From Octopus vulgaris (taxonomy: Eukaryota), in NCBI GenBank assembly GCA_951406725.2, contig OX597830.1, forward strand, positions 50,096,001-50,160,000: a stretch of DNA of 64,000 bases. The letters are read 5' to 3'. The position numbers and the translations under genes are program-made. Of the stretch, positions 11,576 through 25,998 are shown piece after piece; within the stretch, counting starts at the first letter, position 1; the number at the start of each line of letters is the position of its first letter. The notes under the pieces were generated by a model. That model searched no databases and was not told the DNA's origin. It saw only the letters and a program-made list of their open reading frames with translations.

Positions 11576-12029
11576 TATCTGTTGGTTTATATCATCTTAA
11601 CATCTGTTGTGACTCGTAAACAGAAAAGCTTATTGTAAAAGATGTGATGGAGATACGTCCAGTTGTATAAGCAAGAGAGGCCACTCTGAATTATAACTGC
11701 TGAGGATGGTCAGTAAATGTTGCTCAGTCAGTGTAGCTCATTAAATGTAGTTCACCAGACTATGAACATCTTCAATAAAACAGGTTGCCTGTTAATGGAG
11801 AATTAGGAAAGTGACTGCTGGTTGCTACATGGAACAATGTTTGACAATGATAACAGAAGCAAATTGGTCTAGACACCATTGAACATTGACAAAGCTGTTT
11901 ACAGGAAGTTTTACACATAAAATCTGTAGATTTCTCTACAAATTTCAAATCAACATTTTGCAGTTTGTACAGGAATATAAGAATTGGCCATTAAGAATTT
12001 TGTGATTAGTTGAGTCAGTGAGTATCTAT

Positions 12030-12165
12030 GAACCTAAGAGTTAAGTATGGCAGCAATAGCATGACCAAAATGTACTGCAGAAATAATCCAGAATTAATGA
12101 AACTCTAAATACTGTAGTGGCCAGTACAGTTCCTGAATTTTAACTCAATGGAAAACTTGGAAAAC
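12030..12165 (+). pseudogene. Highly decayed Tc1/mariner transposase remnant (tentative)
   Basis: 12118-12162 reads WPVQFLNFNSMENLE (cf. WPSQSPDLNPIENLW). A VKYGSNSM-like stretch upstream resembles VKHGGGSVM. Confidence 0.35.
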
Positions 12166-12562
12166 AGGTTATACAATGAGTTTTCAACAAAAGAAATCCA
12201 GAAAGCTTAGAAAATTCCTAGACACCGCCTAGGAAGATTTTAGTAGAATGAACCAACCCCAGTACTAATTATTTTTAAATACACACACACAAAGACATGC
12301 ATGCACACACACACGTGATTGGCTTCTTTCAGTCTCCGTCTACCAAATCCACTCACAAGGTGCTATGTAGTGGGACTGAACCTAGAACCACGTGGTTGGG
12401 AAGCAAGCTTCTTACTACACAAGTCCTTTTCATAAAAATCGGGGATTGAATTGAAAGGACTTTTTAAAAAAGAGTTAAATGTCCTCAAAAGATAATATAA
12501 CGGCTTAGTGTAACGATTGAGGCAGATTTTCTACAACCAGTTGCTTTCCTATCACTCGCCTC

Positions 12563-12897
12563 CTTATGAGAGCTCAAAATCTCTCGTGGAAGCGTCATCC
12601 AACCAAAGTACAAATATATGGGAAATTACCACCGGTATCATCTCTTGTGAAAGGTAGAAGAGTCCAGTTTGCTGGACATTGTTGTAGAGCTGAAAACGAG
12701 GTAATTTCTATTCTTCTCCTCTGGAAGCAATCTGCTCACGATACCAGAAGGCGCACACTCTCCTACCCTGATGTAATCCCCAGGGATACAGGCATCCAGC
12801 AGCAGGACCTCCGTAATGCTATGATGGACCGTGAGGTCTGGCGTAACATAGTAAATTCCATTGTCTCGACCATGGTCGAACAATAATAATAAATAAT
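12563..12897 (+). mobile_element. 3' end of a second non-LTR retrotransposon family (RTE-like C-terminus) with (TAA)n tail
   Basis: LSWKRHPT...RRVQFAGHC.R...LLLW...DREVWR motif typical of LINE ORF2 C-termini. Confidence 0.75.
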
Positions 12898-13204
12898 CAC
12901 TAGCTCTCACTTGTTTCCAAGCAAGGTAATATTTCCTCGTGGCCAGATATGTTTTCACAGAAGACTGGAAATGAAGGGCACTGCTTGTATGACATCGACA
13001 TTCATTTGCAACAATGACACAGTGGCAAGACAAGGAAGTACAATCATACACTCAGCCCTGCGGCACATCACCTCTTGCCATGCAGAAGCTGCCCAGCATT
13101 TTGACCTGGGAGTCAGTTTAAAGAAAACAAAAGACCCCAGTGAAGAAACTGGAAAAGCTGTAGAACTTGTAAGGAAGATGAAGTGAAATTCTTCATGCCT
13201 GCTG

Positions 13205-13525
13205 CATTCATTCATTCATTCATTGTTCGACCATGGTCGAGACAATGGAATTTACTATGTTACGCCAGATCTCACAGTCCATCATAGCATTACGGAGGTC
13301 CTGTTGCTGGATGCCTGTATCCCTGAAGATTACATCAGGGTAGAAGAGTGTGCGCCTTCTGGTATCGCGAGTAGATGGCTTCCAGAGGAGAAGAGTAGAA
13401 ATTACCTGGTTTTCAGCTCTAAAACAATGTCCAGCAAACTGGACTCTTCTACCTTTCACAAGAGATGATACAGGTGGTAATTTCCCATATATTTGTACTT
13501 TGGTTGGATGACGCTTCCACGAGAG
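13205..13525 (-). mobile_element. Inverted second copy of the same LINE 3' end, (TGAA)n tail
   Basis: Track ORF 13220-13459 is near-identical to 12566-12886. Confidence 0.8.
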
Positions 13526-14151
13526 AAAGGAATTAAATGACCAAAAAATTATTACATTAATTGGCGATTTTAGTGAACTTCACAAGCCATTATTTTGTCA
13601 ATCTGATGTAGATTAACAGAATTGCTAGAGGGTCGGACAAACAGTTTTGTGGTACTCTGACTCTATATTCTGAGTTCAAGTCCCACTGAAGTCAACTTAG
13701 CCTTTTATTCTTCAGGGTCAATGAAATGAAGTAGCAATAAAGTACTTGATTGATTTAATTAACTAATCCCCACCTCCCGCTAAAATTGCTGGCTTTGTGC
13801 CAAAATTAGAAATATTTCATTGTTCTAAGTTTAAAATTACAAGGTGTGAATTCAATATGTCACTCCTCTGTCTGCTAGCATCAGAAACTTCGAATCAATA
13901 CCGAAATTATTCATAATTGAACTGTAAAAAACACTGATTGATACATTTACCAACACAGACAAAGCAGCAACCGGAATCAATAACGAAGTATGTGTTATGG
14001 AATATTTCAGCTTCTTTTGGTGGGTTGGGTGAGGAATTTAAAAGTGAGGTTCCAAGATTTACAAAATCACCAGTTCCAACTCCAAATAAGTGAAACTTAC
14101 TTTGATATGATAATAAACAACGCTCTCCATTGCTTAATTTATTTAGTCTGA

Positions 14152-14712
14152 TCATCATCATCGTTTAACGTCTGCTTTCCATGCTAGCATGGGTTGGACG
14201 ATTTTGACTGAGGGCTGGCAAACCAGATGGCTGCACCAGGCCCCAATCTTGATCTGGCAGAGTTTCTACAGCTGGATGCCCTTCCTAACGCCAACCACTA
14301 CGAGAGTGTAGTGGGTGCTTTTTACATGCCACTGGCATGGGGGCCAGTCAGGCGGTACTGGCAACGATCTTGCTCGAATCTTTTTACATGTGCCACTGAC
14401 ACAGGTGCCAGTAAGGCGACGTTGGTAACGATCACGCTCGAATGGTGCCCTTTTACATGCCACCGGCATGGAAGCCAGTTGGCTGCTTTGGCAACAATCA
14501 CACTCGGATAGTGCTCTTGGCACCCTACTAGCACGGGCACAAGTGCCAGTAAGGCGACACTGGTAACAATCACACACGAATGGTGCCCTTTTATGTGCCA
14601 CTGGCATGGAAGCTGGTTAGCCACTCTGTCAATGATCACACTCGAATGGTGCCCTTTGCACCCCGCTAGCACGGATGCCAGTCATCGAATTTGATTTTGA
14701 TTTTGATTTCGA
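14152..14712 (-). mobile_element. RTE LINE 3' UTR fragment
   Basis: (CAT)n tail, CCATGCTAGCATGG palindrome, several ~60-bp internal repeats. Confidence 0.85.
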
Positions 14713-14838
14713 AATACTGATAATACTTAGAAATGAAAACAGATTAGTGAAACAAGAAAAACCACATTAAACAATGTAGTCCAAGATACACTTACTCTGG
14801 AAAAACAATGTGATGGTTCTAAATGGAGCATCTTTTAA

Positions 14839-15037
14839 CCCTTCGGCATTCAGATTACTCTGTCAAAGCATTTTAAATTAACCATGCATTAGCTCATAGC
14901 TTTGAAATTTCGATGATGCAATTGTTCAATTTTAAAATGACACTGTAGAGTAAGTGTGAAAGGCCAGATGTGACCAAACTGAAGATAAAACAGGTAGAAC
15001 ATTTTGGCTGAATATAGCCAGTTTAAATGCTAAAGGG
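14839..15037. mobile_element. piggyBac-type MITE
   Basis: TTAA|CCCTTCGGCATT...AATGCTAAAGGG|TTAA; inverted relative to the copy at 38032. Confidence 0.8.
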
Positions 15038-17114
15038 TTAATCATGACCCTGTTCAATCAGCATTAACCAGTGATTAAATGAGGACACATTTGATAATGT
15101 ATTCCTAGGAACCCTTAGTCTGGAGAATACATTGGATGGTCTTGTCTGGAATGTCTTTGGCTATGGACACAGCCATTGCTGCAAGGCTAAAAAGTTTGCT
15201 TGCCAACTGGGTGGTTTCAGATTTAATTCCAGTGTTTAGCACTTTGATTAGGTTTTTTTTGGTTGACCATAAGTGGTATTTGGTAGATAGGAACCATAAA
15301 GAAGCTGATTGTTTGAAGGTTGTTTGTGTGGTAGTCATAATCTGAAATCAGTTTAATAGCAAACCTAATCCCAAGGTTCTTGAGTACCATTACTAGCATC
15401 CACTCTTTTGCGACTATTCTGATCAGACTTCAAGGTCCCGATCTGAGGATAACTTCTCTTTCTCCCCAACCAGTCTAATTGGCATTATCAGAGAATCATG
15501 AAAGCTGCCATTTGCCCTTTAAGTTATGGGTCTACTTGTCAGGGCCAATTTGATAGAGTAACCCATAACAACCAAGCACCAACATAAAGGAAAGAACAGA
15601 GTGTAGATGAAATTCAAAACTGTGACACAACCTCATGTATCATAATCTCTTAGAATCTTGGTTCTTTTACTTCCTTTCATTGTGATTTATCAATATTAAA
15701 ACAACTTACAGCTCTATCAGTGAGGCTGCTCTACTTTTTGAAGTTGTTGAACCAGTGTCTGTCTTGGAAGTGGTTCCAAGTGCACTGCTTTGAAATATGT
15801 CACCAGTTCTCTAGATGTGTCCAAGAAAGCAAAGCTTCCCTTAGACATCAGTTCTCAGATGCATTGGTTTTGTGCCAAATGTAATCTAGAAAGAAATTCC
15901 TGGCACCCTTTTTGATGTACGATACCATAAGGTTATCTGTGTTTCCAACTTAAATGGTGTCAACTTAATTTTGTCAGCTTTTTAGGATCTACATTTTGTA
16001 GTCAGTAGGCGACACACACACACATACATACACCTCTCCTGTAAAGTTTACTCAGTAGGTCTGCTACAGAATAGTGCCAAGAATTAATTCCCGCCACCAA
16101 AAATACAAACAAAAATGCATAAACAAAATGATAATGATAATGAAATCATGTCTTCCACGAATTACATTATTAACAGGATTATAATCCAATACAAGTGTTT
16201 ACGGAAAGACTTTTAGAATGCCGCCATAATTAGTTTATGGAATAATTCCTGCTTCTGCAGAAACACAAAGTAAACAAAGAAATCCAGGAAGAATTCCTGG
16301 CAACACTCTTTTGTTGTCGGCGACAATTATAAACCAGAGAAGAGTGGGATTGGTGGGGGGGAAGAACATGAAAGACATAAAACATAATTTTAGAATTCCA
16401 ATTTGAAAAGATAGAGAGAAAAAAAAATATATATATAAAAAAAAAGTGTTGCAGAGATGTTAAAGAATATCCACGGTTCCATTGCCATATACAAATATAA
16501 ACTGTTCTTAATGTTATTTGGAATCATAACCTTGCTGTTCCGCCATTCTTTTACTAAAGGAGTAAAATGGCAAATGCTTTGAGACAATGATTCGCCATTA
16601 TACAAAAGAAACAGGAATAGGCATGAGTGTGTTTGGGGTGGGGTTTTAGAAGGGTGGCTGCGTGTAAAGAGTGTGTTTGGGGTGTGTGTTTTGGGGATGA
16701 TTCTGGGGAGGTGTTTGTATGTGTGTGTGGTGGGGGTAGATGAAGTACATGAGTCTGCCTGGAGGTATACATGTGTATATGAGTGTGTTGAGGGGTGTAT
16801 TTGCTTGTATGGGGACATGTGTACGTGTATGCGTGCGTATGTGGAGGTGCATGACAGTGCATTTGAGTAGAGGCAAGTGTGTACATATGTGTAGAGAGAA
16901 AGAGAGAGAGAGATGGGTGAATCTATGTGTGTGTGTGTATGTATGTAGGGTGTGTGGATGTCTGTGAATGAGTGGAAGAATGCATGCATGTAGAATTGTC
17001 AGTGTGCTTGTGCAGAGATGTTTGTGCAGATGGAGACAAGTGCATCTAAAATATTTCTTTAAAAGAATACAAAGACAAAAACTATGGTGTTATCAAATTT
17101 CCTAAAGAAATATG

Positions 17115-17138
17115 AATAATAATAATAACAATAATAAA

Positions 17139-17208
<70 letters not shown>

Positions 17209-17836
17209 GTATAAAAGATTCTAATAAAATATTGAAAATTATCAGTAGTAGTAGCCGTAAAAACAATTGTAATAATCAAAATGTAATGAAATGATAATAA
17301 TGATGATGATGATGATGTTGATGATGAATAATTTTATTTGGCACAAGGGTGATGGCTGGGGAGACATTAAATGAAAACCAAAGAGTTTATGAGGAACTGA
17401 GTGATGAAAAAAACAAACAGGAAAAAAAAAGAGAAAAGGAATAATAAAAATGATTTTGTTGACTATGAAAACAGTGTGAGGATGATGATGATGATGATGA
17501 TGATGATGTGTTTGAAGTTCTTTGTCGAATGTGGAGAATTTTTAACCATGTTTTCCAAGATGAACCTAATTCTTTTAAGAAAAGAAATTCTTAATGTATT
17601 CCATAAACCATGGATAAAAATAACAACAACAACAACAACAACTACAGCAGAAAGCTCCCAAAACAACAACTAAAATAACAACAATCCAAGCAAGTAAGAT
17701 CCAGAGCTCCGAGAAGTAAAATATAATAATCATAATAAAAATAATAATAATAATGATAATAATAATGATAATAATAATAATGATAATAATAATGATAATA
17801 ATAATAATAATGATAATAATAATAATAATGATAATA

Positions 17837-17898
<62 letters not shown>

Positions 17899-17920
17899 AA
17901 TAGTTATAATAACAATAAAT
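17115..17920. repeat. (AAT)n, (GAT)n, (AAC)n trinucleotide arrays
   Basis: Direct inspection. Confidence 0.9.
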
Positions 17921-18603
17921 AATAAATGTTTCTATTGGAATGAAAGAAAAATAATTTGAAAACTAGGGGTAATTTTTTTCTGAATGGATTTATGCTTTCC
18001 TCTCCCAGTGCAAAGAAAAACTTTAAAAAAGTCTCAAAAATTTACCATAACTGTGCCGCTTTCATGTGTGCCATGTTCATTCCACTAACTTTACCATAAA
18101 AACATATTTAACAATATTTTCTAAATCACTAAGCAATGATATTTATCTAAATGATGTCATTTTTTTATGCATCCATATGTTATACTCTCCTTTCACTTTC
18201 ACTATCTCTCTCTCTGTACTGACTAAGACTTTTAGATCGAAAGGAGAAAGAAGAAAAATAACTACCACTAGAGGGAGGGAGGTAGGTGTAGCAGAATATT
18301 TAAGAATTCTTAATAACATCAGAATTAACCATGGAGAAGTCTGTGGAACATAAACATGTGTTTCATTATTTTCGTTCTAATCCCTGGAATTTGACTTAAA
18401 AACGAACTTCGTTGGGTGGGCGGAGGAAAGATGGTAGATATCTAAATAGAAACTTCAATGCAGATCAAAGAATGGATAGGGAATGGAGTTGGTGGGCAAG
18501 AGGAAAAGTAAGTTGTCTCTGGATATAAATTTAATTTGTATTTTGTTTGAATCATTTTCTACTATACTCCGATTGAATTGGAGATAGATATCTAAAAAGA
18601 CAG

Positions 18604-18661
<58 letters not shown>

Positions 18662-18702
18662 TGATGGATAAATATGTGGTTGGATGGATAAATTATATAT
18701 GC

Positions 18703-18746
<44 letters not shown>

Positions 18747-18984
18747 TCGCACATATATACACATGTATATGCACACACAAATATATAATGTATACAGACA
18801 CACAAGTATAAATATATATTTGTAAACATATATACATATATGCACACACACATACATATATATACATATATATATATATATGTATGTATATATAAATGCA
18901 TAATATGTATATTTACACACAAATATATAATGTATACATACACACAAGTATAAATATATATTTGTAAACATATATACATATATG

Positions 18985-19018
<34 letters not shown>

Positions 19019-19069
19019 AATAATATATATCATCATCATCATGTATATAGTATATATAATATATATATA

Positions 19070-19116
<47 letters not shown>

Positions 19117-20289
19117 TATGATTATAACATATGTATATCTAAGTAATATATAATATGTATACGTATATAATAAATAATATGTATGTATACATATGTAATA
19201 TATAAAATGTATATATACATATAATATATAAAATGTATATATCATCATCGTTATCATCATTTAATGTTCTTTTTTTCCATGTTGTCCCGATTTAATAAGA
19301 ACAAATGAGTCAAAGAACTCCACCAGATTCTATATCTACTTTGACAAAGCTTCTACAGTTGTAAACCCTTCCTAATGCCAATCACTTACTGGGGGCATTT
19401 TTATGTGGCACCATCTCTGCGAAGTTGCCAATTATCTACTCGATATGACCCCTCAACTTAGTGGGGTACACACTGCAGGAATCAGATAGTATGATGGACG
19501 GGGAAGAGTATGTATCTTGCGGAAGAGATGAATACATGGCTTGTCCAGCCGGAAAGTGAGAAAGAAAAAAGAATGTGAGGTTAGTCAACAACTTAAGGAG
19601 CCTCAATGTAATTGACTGAGTCACTAGAAACAGTAAGTTACTTCAAATCAAATCTTCTTGTCTTAGAATGTAAAGGAGACATTAAAGAGACATTAAAGAC
19701 AAATGGTAATAGTTGGAAGGGTTCCATCATAGTTGCTTCACCAATGTTGTCCTAGGGCTAAACAATAAGAAATATAATATATTTCCACCCATAGATGAAT
19801 CAAGGCTTTGGTCGGCCCGAGGCTATAATAGAAGACACTTGCCCAAGTTTCCACGTAGTGGGACTGAACCTGGAACCATGTGGTTGGTAAGCAAGCTACT
19901 TACCACACAGCCACTCTTATGCCTTTAGGTAGAAAGAGTGAAAGGCTGTCAACTTTTACATTCCAAAAACAGTTTTTCTACTAAATATTTACATGCTACT
20001 ATCTCTAGCTTTATGAATATGCTTTGAGATATTCAAAAAATATGTATATATATATGTACACACATACATTCATATGTGCACCCCCACCCCAACATATATA
20101 TATGTACATAAACAAAGATGTGTGACAAGAGTAGAAGAGAAAAAAACAGAAGTTAGGTTTTATATAGAAATGTGTGGCTGAGTGTATTAGCATTCTTAAT
20201 GCTGTATGAGTGTGATCACAATGCAATGCCTTGACTGTACTCAGAGTTATCGAGGGGAGTAACTGACAGACACAAGTTTAAATACTCAC

Positions 20290-20405
20290 ATATGAGCTGG
20301 TAATTCATATATGTTCCTACAGCGGTACTCCTCAATCACATGATGGGAATAGAGAGGTAATTTGTGGTACGGGTTGACAGAGACAACAACATTTCCAATA
20401 TATGT
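20290..20405 (-). CDS. MYO1B: Myosin-I next coding exon (116 nt)
   Basis: Pyrimidine tract + ttcag acceptor, then TYIGNVVVSVNPYHKLPLYSHHVIEEYRCRNIYELPAH+AT, then GTGAGT donor. It continues the canonical IY|TYIG.V..SVNPY...P.H myosin motif in phase with the previous exon. Confidence 0.92.
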
Positions 20406-20522
20406 CTGAAAAGAACAAAAGGAGGGCAACAAAGATGAAATATTTAAACAAATCAACGACAAAACAAAACATAAAGCATTAATGAGTATCATGAAAAATA
20501 ATGAGCTGATACTCCTTAACAA

Positions 20523-20745
20523 CCCTTTAGCATTCAAATGTCTCTGTCAAATGTAATGATTTTTTAAATTTCCATTGTTTTGAATTAATCATGCATTATC
20601 TTGTAGCTTCCAGATTTCATTTATGTGATTGTTTAGTTTTTAGAACGACATTGTAGAGTAGGTGTGAGAAGTTGGATCTGGCCAGTTTGAACATAAGAAT
20701 GGTAGAGTATTTGGGCTAGATATGGTTGGCTTAAATGATAAAGAA
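20523..20745. mobile_element. piggyBac-type MITE (degenerate right end)
   Basis: CCCTTTAGCATT start and body homologous to 14839-15037. Confidence 0.7.
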
Positions 20746-21647
20746 TTAATTGTATGAAATAATCCAATCTCTGTTCAACAAACATATTGTTTCCTCACTC
20801 TACCCTTCTCTAGAGCTACTATTGTGACCTCACCACTTTTCAAGCCACTGCAAATTCAACCCATCAGACACAATCATCCCCGTTTATCCCATCCCCCCAG
20901 TATGTTCTCTTCCCTGCATGAACCACTAACAACAATTTTTCCTTCCCTCATTATCATCCCTGTAGAATTCTCCACTCCTCCTCACTCATATTCATGATGT
21001 TTTTCTTATAGTCCTTGCCCTGAAGGGCATAGCTGCAACTCCTTACTCTTAATCAAACCATTAAACGAGGAAAAAAAAGGAGAAAAGAAAACAGTAGCTG
21101 TGGTCAGCCACTGACCTCAACCAGGAACTCATCAGACCACAGAGCCATTGTAAAATTTATCTACAGACCTCTGCTAGAAACCAAACCGACCAAAGGCTCA
21201 CTTTGATATTTATCTCTATTATGTGTGAAAGACATTCACTTCAAATCTATACATAAAATCTAAAATTGAAAACTTTGAAGTAAAGGCCAAATCAAGCTGA
21301 AAGCATCGGTCCTCTTTGATCACCAAGGTTAAGTAAAGTTGAGCTCCGTTAATACTCAGATGGATGACTGCTTCAGAAACCTAGGTACCACCAGCATCCC
21401 ACAAACATTTAAATTAACAAGAAAGAAGGTAGAACTCTATTGAGACGTGAGAAGTGGCAATGTATGACACACAGATATGGAAGATGTAAGAATTCCAACT
21501 TGTGCAACCAATATGAACAAAGGATGCACAAAAGGTGTTGTGGGATCACAAAGAAAGAAGACTTTGCATACAACAGATTTTACAGGTGTACTTAGAAGTA
21601 AGAGAACACCAGTGAAATAGTTGCACTGATGCAGACATGGGATATGT

Positions 21648-21950
21648 ATCATCATCATCATCATTGAATGTCCGTTTTCCATGCTAGCATGGGTTGGACG
21701 ATTTGACTGAGGGCTGGCGAACAAGATGTCTGCACCAAGCTCTAGTCTAATTTGGCAGTATTTCTACAGCTGGTTGCCCTTCCTAACGCCAACCACTCCG
21801 TGAGTGTAGTGGGTGCTTTTTACATGCTACCGGCACAGGAGCCAGAGCAGGCTGGCAAACGGCCACAATCGGTTGGTGCTTTTACGTGTCACCAACACGG
21901 ACGCCAGTCAGACGGCACTGGCATCTGCCACATTCGGATGGTGCATTTTA
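21648..21950 (-). mobile_element. RTE 3' UTR fragment
   Basis: Tail, palindrome and GGAAGGGCA motif in reverse orientation. Confidence 0.8.
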
Positions 21951-22585
21951 TGTATGGAGAATGATATTTGGGTGAAGAAGTGTCAAGTAGTCCAAGAGAA
22001 TGGAATCTGCAGAAGAGGAATCTTCAAGAAAACATGGGAAGAACCAGCAAAGGTTGATCACAGGGAGTTGAAGGTTATGAAGGAAATGACCAAGAATGGT
22101 GTCAAATGGTGAGACACTTTGTATGGTGCAGACTCATTTAACATATGCATATATAGTAATCATCATCATCATCATCATCATTATTTTACCATTTACCTTT
22201 CCATGATTGCCTGGAACATATGAGATAGTATTGGGGAACTGTTTACTATGGCCAAATCCTGTCCTTGTAACCAGCCCTCATTTGTTACCAACCAAGGTTA
22301 TAATGTCGAAGTCAATCAAACAACGAACAACCCAGACGTAATCATGAAGAAAATTGAAAACAAATGTTTAAATATACTTTTTCCAGCCACAAAGATTGCA
22401 AAATATATGAGGACACACTAAGAATCCCAAACATGTTTTTGAAATGAACTGCAAGCAAACAACACCACCTGTACGAATATGTGTGCATTTGCTTAGATGT
22501 ATTTGCATACAGCAAACACTCATGAAGATGAAAGGAGGTAAAACTTCATTCACATAAACACATGCTCTCACACACATACCAACAC

Positions 22586-22619
<34 letters not shown>

Positions 22620-22717
22620 ATATCTTAATTTAAATTTGAGTGATGTTTCTCTGTCCATTACTTATTTATGTTTGTTAACTCCTCCTTGACTGTTGGTTCA
22701 AGGACAACGAAACTGTT

Positions 22718-23090
22718 GTCATCATCATCATCATCATCATTTAACATCCATTTTCCATGCTAGCATGGGTTGGACGGTTCAACCTGGGTCTGGTAAGCCA
22801 TGGAGGTGACACGTAAAAAGCACCATCCGAACTTGGCACTGGACTGGCATCCGTGTTGGTGACATGTAAAAGCACCAACCGATCATGGCCATTTGCCAGC
22901 CTGCTCTGGCTCCTGTGCCGGTGGCACTTAAAAAACACCCACTACACTCATGGAGTGGTTGGCGTTAGGAAGGGCATCGAGCTGTAGAAACACTGCCAAA
23001 TCAGACTAGAGCCTGGTGCAGCCTCCATGGCTTACCAGACCCCGGTCGAACCATCCAACCCATGCTAGCATGGAAAATGGACGTTAAACA

Positions 23091-23124
<34 letters not shown>

Positions 23125-23125
23125 C
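22718..23125. mobile_element. RTE 3' UTR fragment flanked by an inverted copy of its own 3' terminus
   Basis: Arms 22718-22806 and 23022-23125 are reverse complements, each with a (CAT)/(GAT) tail. Confidence 0.8.
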
Positions 23126-24056
23126 AGCCAAACCTGAGAATTGTAGTAATGAGGCTCATGGCAATGGTGGTAGTAGTAGTGGTGGTGGTGGTGGCAGTGA
23201 TAATAACTGATGATGATTATGATAATAACTGGGATGATGATGATGATGATGATGATTATGACAGTTGTGGTTATGATGGTGATGATGACGACGACATTAG
23301 TGTTGGCAAAATCTGTTTTGAATGGTTATATTTTTATCAAGAAACCAGAAATGGTGCAAGAATTATAGACAATTAATGGTCCATCAATTTGAAGCAAATA
23401 TAAAAAATTCTGAGAAAATAATTTTTTTTCATTGTAATGTTTTGACCTTTTTAAGATCTGAAGAATTTAAAACAGGTTATTTTTACCTTTATTTTTTTAT
23501 TATTTTTTCTCCCCCTCAATAAACATTGTCTTGTTTACACAAACAAGTTCACCTTTCAATTTTTGGCAAAATGTTGAGAAAGTTTGTTTGTGAAGTGGAG
23601 AAGGGGACGTGTTTGTCTGAAGAAATGCTAAGGAAATGGTGCAACCACTTCTTTCTTTCTTTCTCTTTATGAATTGTTTCAGACAAACTATTTAAATGAG
23701 AGAATTTCATAAAACAATTTTATATGTAAAAAAATCAAATTTATTGTCCTACTGCTCATTATTATTATTATTATTATCAATATGGACACCTGGCATAATG
23801 ATAAGCAAAATACTTAGTGGCATTTTGTCCATCTTTACATTCTGAGTTCAAATTCCGCCAAGGTCAATTTGCCTTTCATTCTTTTGGAGTCGATAAAATA
23901 AAAGTACCAGTTGAATACTAGGGCTTATGTAATCGATTGTCCCCCACCCCATAAAAATCTAAGCCTTGTGCCAATAGTAGAAAGGATTATTATTATTATT
24001 ATTATCATTCCCTCTCTCTCTCTTTCGGAGAGGCACTGGGCATTATTATTATTATT

Positions 24057-24615
24057 GAGTGAGAGAGCAGTGCATGCCATCAAAGAAGTGACACTGGGGT
24101 AAAATATACGAAGCCCAATATACCCAACATGACAACCCGTCCGATAAGGGTACCCCAGGCACATGCATCACAACCACATGTGCGTGACATGGTGATCTCA
24201 TATCAAGATAAACAGCACATGACCTTGCAGGTGGGGCCCACTTAGAATTTTCTTCTGGTCGAGTAACCCATCCCACTCAAAAGGTTCCTGAATAAGGGTT
24301 GTTTAAGGATGTTGAACGAAACACCCATGTTTTCAGAGGTGAATTAGCCAAACCTCCAAGAATCCCTCTCAACACATGGCTATGATGTTCACCCACTACT
24401 TCTGCTTGTGATCAGGTATACACATATCGTCAACCACTAAGGGACATGCTCAACTGGTGATGGTCAAACAACTGACAAGCAAATCTGTGGTATTGAGCAG
24501 AACATTTGCTGGAGCCCATCTTTTATACCAAGACAAAACAATGTACATGATAAGACTTCCAATCAGTTAAGATCAGCAGCCATGAAAGCCACTGCCTGGT
24601 ACTGCATCAGGGCAC
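24057..24615. repeat. Unclassified interspersed repeat bounded by (TTA)n
   Basis: Its first ~130 bp recurs at ~24845-24975; both ends abut TTA runs. Confidence 0.5.
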
Positions 24616-25764
24616 TTATTATTATTATGAAACAGTGATCTGGCATAATCCTTAGCATGCTGAGCAAAATGCTTAGCAGCATTTCGTCCATCTTTATGTT
24701 TTGAATTCCAATTCCACTGAGGTCAACGCTGCCTTTCGTCCTTTTGGAGTCAATAAATTAAGTACCAATGAAACACTGGGGTCAATGAAATCAACTATTC
24801 CTTTCCCCCAAAATTTCAGGCCTTCAACCTTTAGTAGGAAGGATGTGAGAGAGCAGCGCATACCATCAAAGTAATCCTGGGGTACAAATATGTAAAGCCC
24901 AATATAGCCATCATGGTTACCCATTTGATAGAGGTACACCAGGCATATGCATCACAACCATATGTGCATGATGTAGGGCTCTGGCATGGTTTCTATGGTA
25001 GGATGTGCTTCTTAACACCAACCACTTTACAGAATGTACTGGTACTTTTTTTTTATGCTAGCAGCTCTATTGGGGTCACCATGCAGCCCCCAAGTGAAAA
25101 ATGTTCACTTAAAGAGAATAACAAGCTACATAATGCAAAATTGTTACTTTTCAAAAATTCAAATTCTAAAGGGTCGAAAAGAAAACAAGCCCGAGCAACG
25201 CTGGGCTATACAGCTAGTGACTTAATAAAAGGAAGCCATTATAAACACTGCAGTCTAAGATATACAAGAAGATGGAATCGTTAGAATGGTGATGCCATTG
25301 ATTATAGATCAAAGAGCACTGACCAGGGGATCAAAAAAAAATCAAACTAAACTGCAGTCATCATCATCATCATCATCATCATTTTAACATCTATTTTACC
25401 ATTCTTACATGTGTTGGACTGAGTTTATTGAAGCAGATTTTCTTTGGCTGGATGCCATTCCACATACCCCCCCCACCTGTTTCCAAATAAGGTAATATTT
25501 TCCCATGGCCAGACAAGTTCTTGCAGAATGTTCAAAATGAATGACATAACTTATATGACAGTCAAACACATTTTCAACTATCATGTGATGTCAAGACAAG
25601 GAGATACAAACAAGTGCATACACACACGCACGTGCACGTGCGCGCGTACACACACACACACACACATGTATGTATAGTCAGCCTGGGGCTATGGCCAAAG
25701 ACACTTGTCTGAGGTGTCACACAGAGAGACTGAACCCAGAACCATGTAGTTGGGACACAAACAT

Positions 25765-25998
25765 TCTTATTTCTTTATTGCCCACAAGGGGCTAAACATA
25801 GAGGGGTAAACAAGGACAGACAAAGGGATTAAGTCGATTACATTGACCCCCAGTGCATAACTGGTACTTAATTTATCGACCCCGAAAGGATAAAAAGCAA
25901 AGTCAACCTTGGCGGAATTTGAACCCAGAAACTAAAGACAGACGAAATACCGCTAAGCATTTTGTCCAGCGTGCTAACATTTCTGCCAGCTCGCCACC
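25765..25998 (-). mobile_element. SINE family B
   Basis: Reverse complement of 53132-53365. Confidence 0.8.

Noticed and set aside
1-20289. Expected next myosin exon (GESGAGKT P-loop)
   Set aside because: Not found by eye on the minus strand. It is probably outside the window, though a short exon could have been missed.
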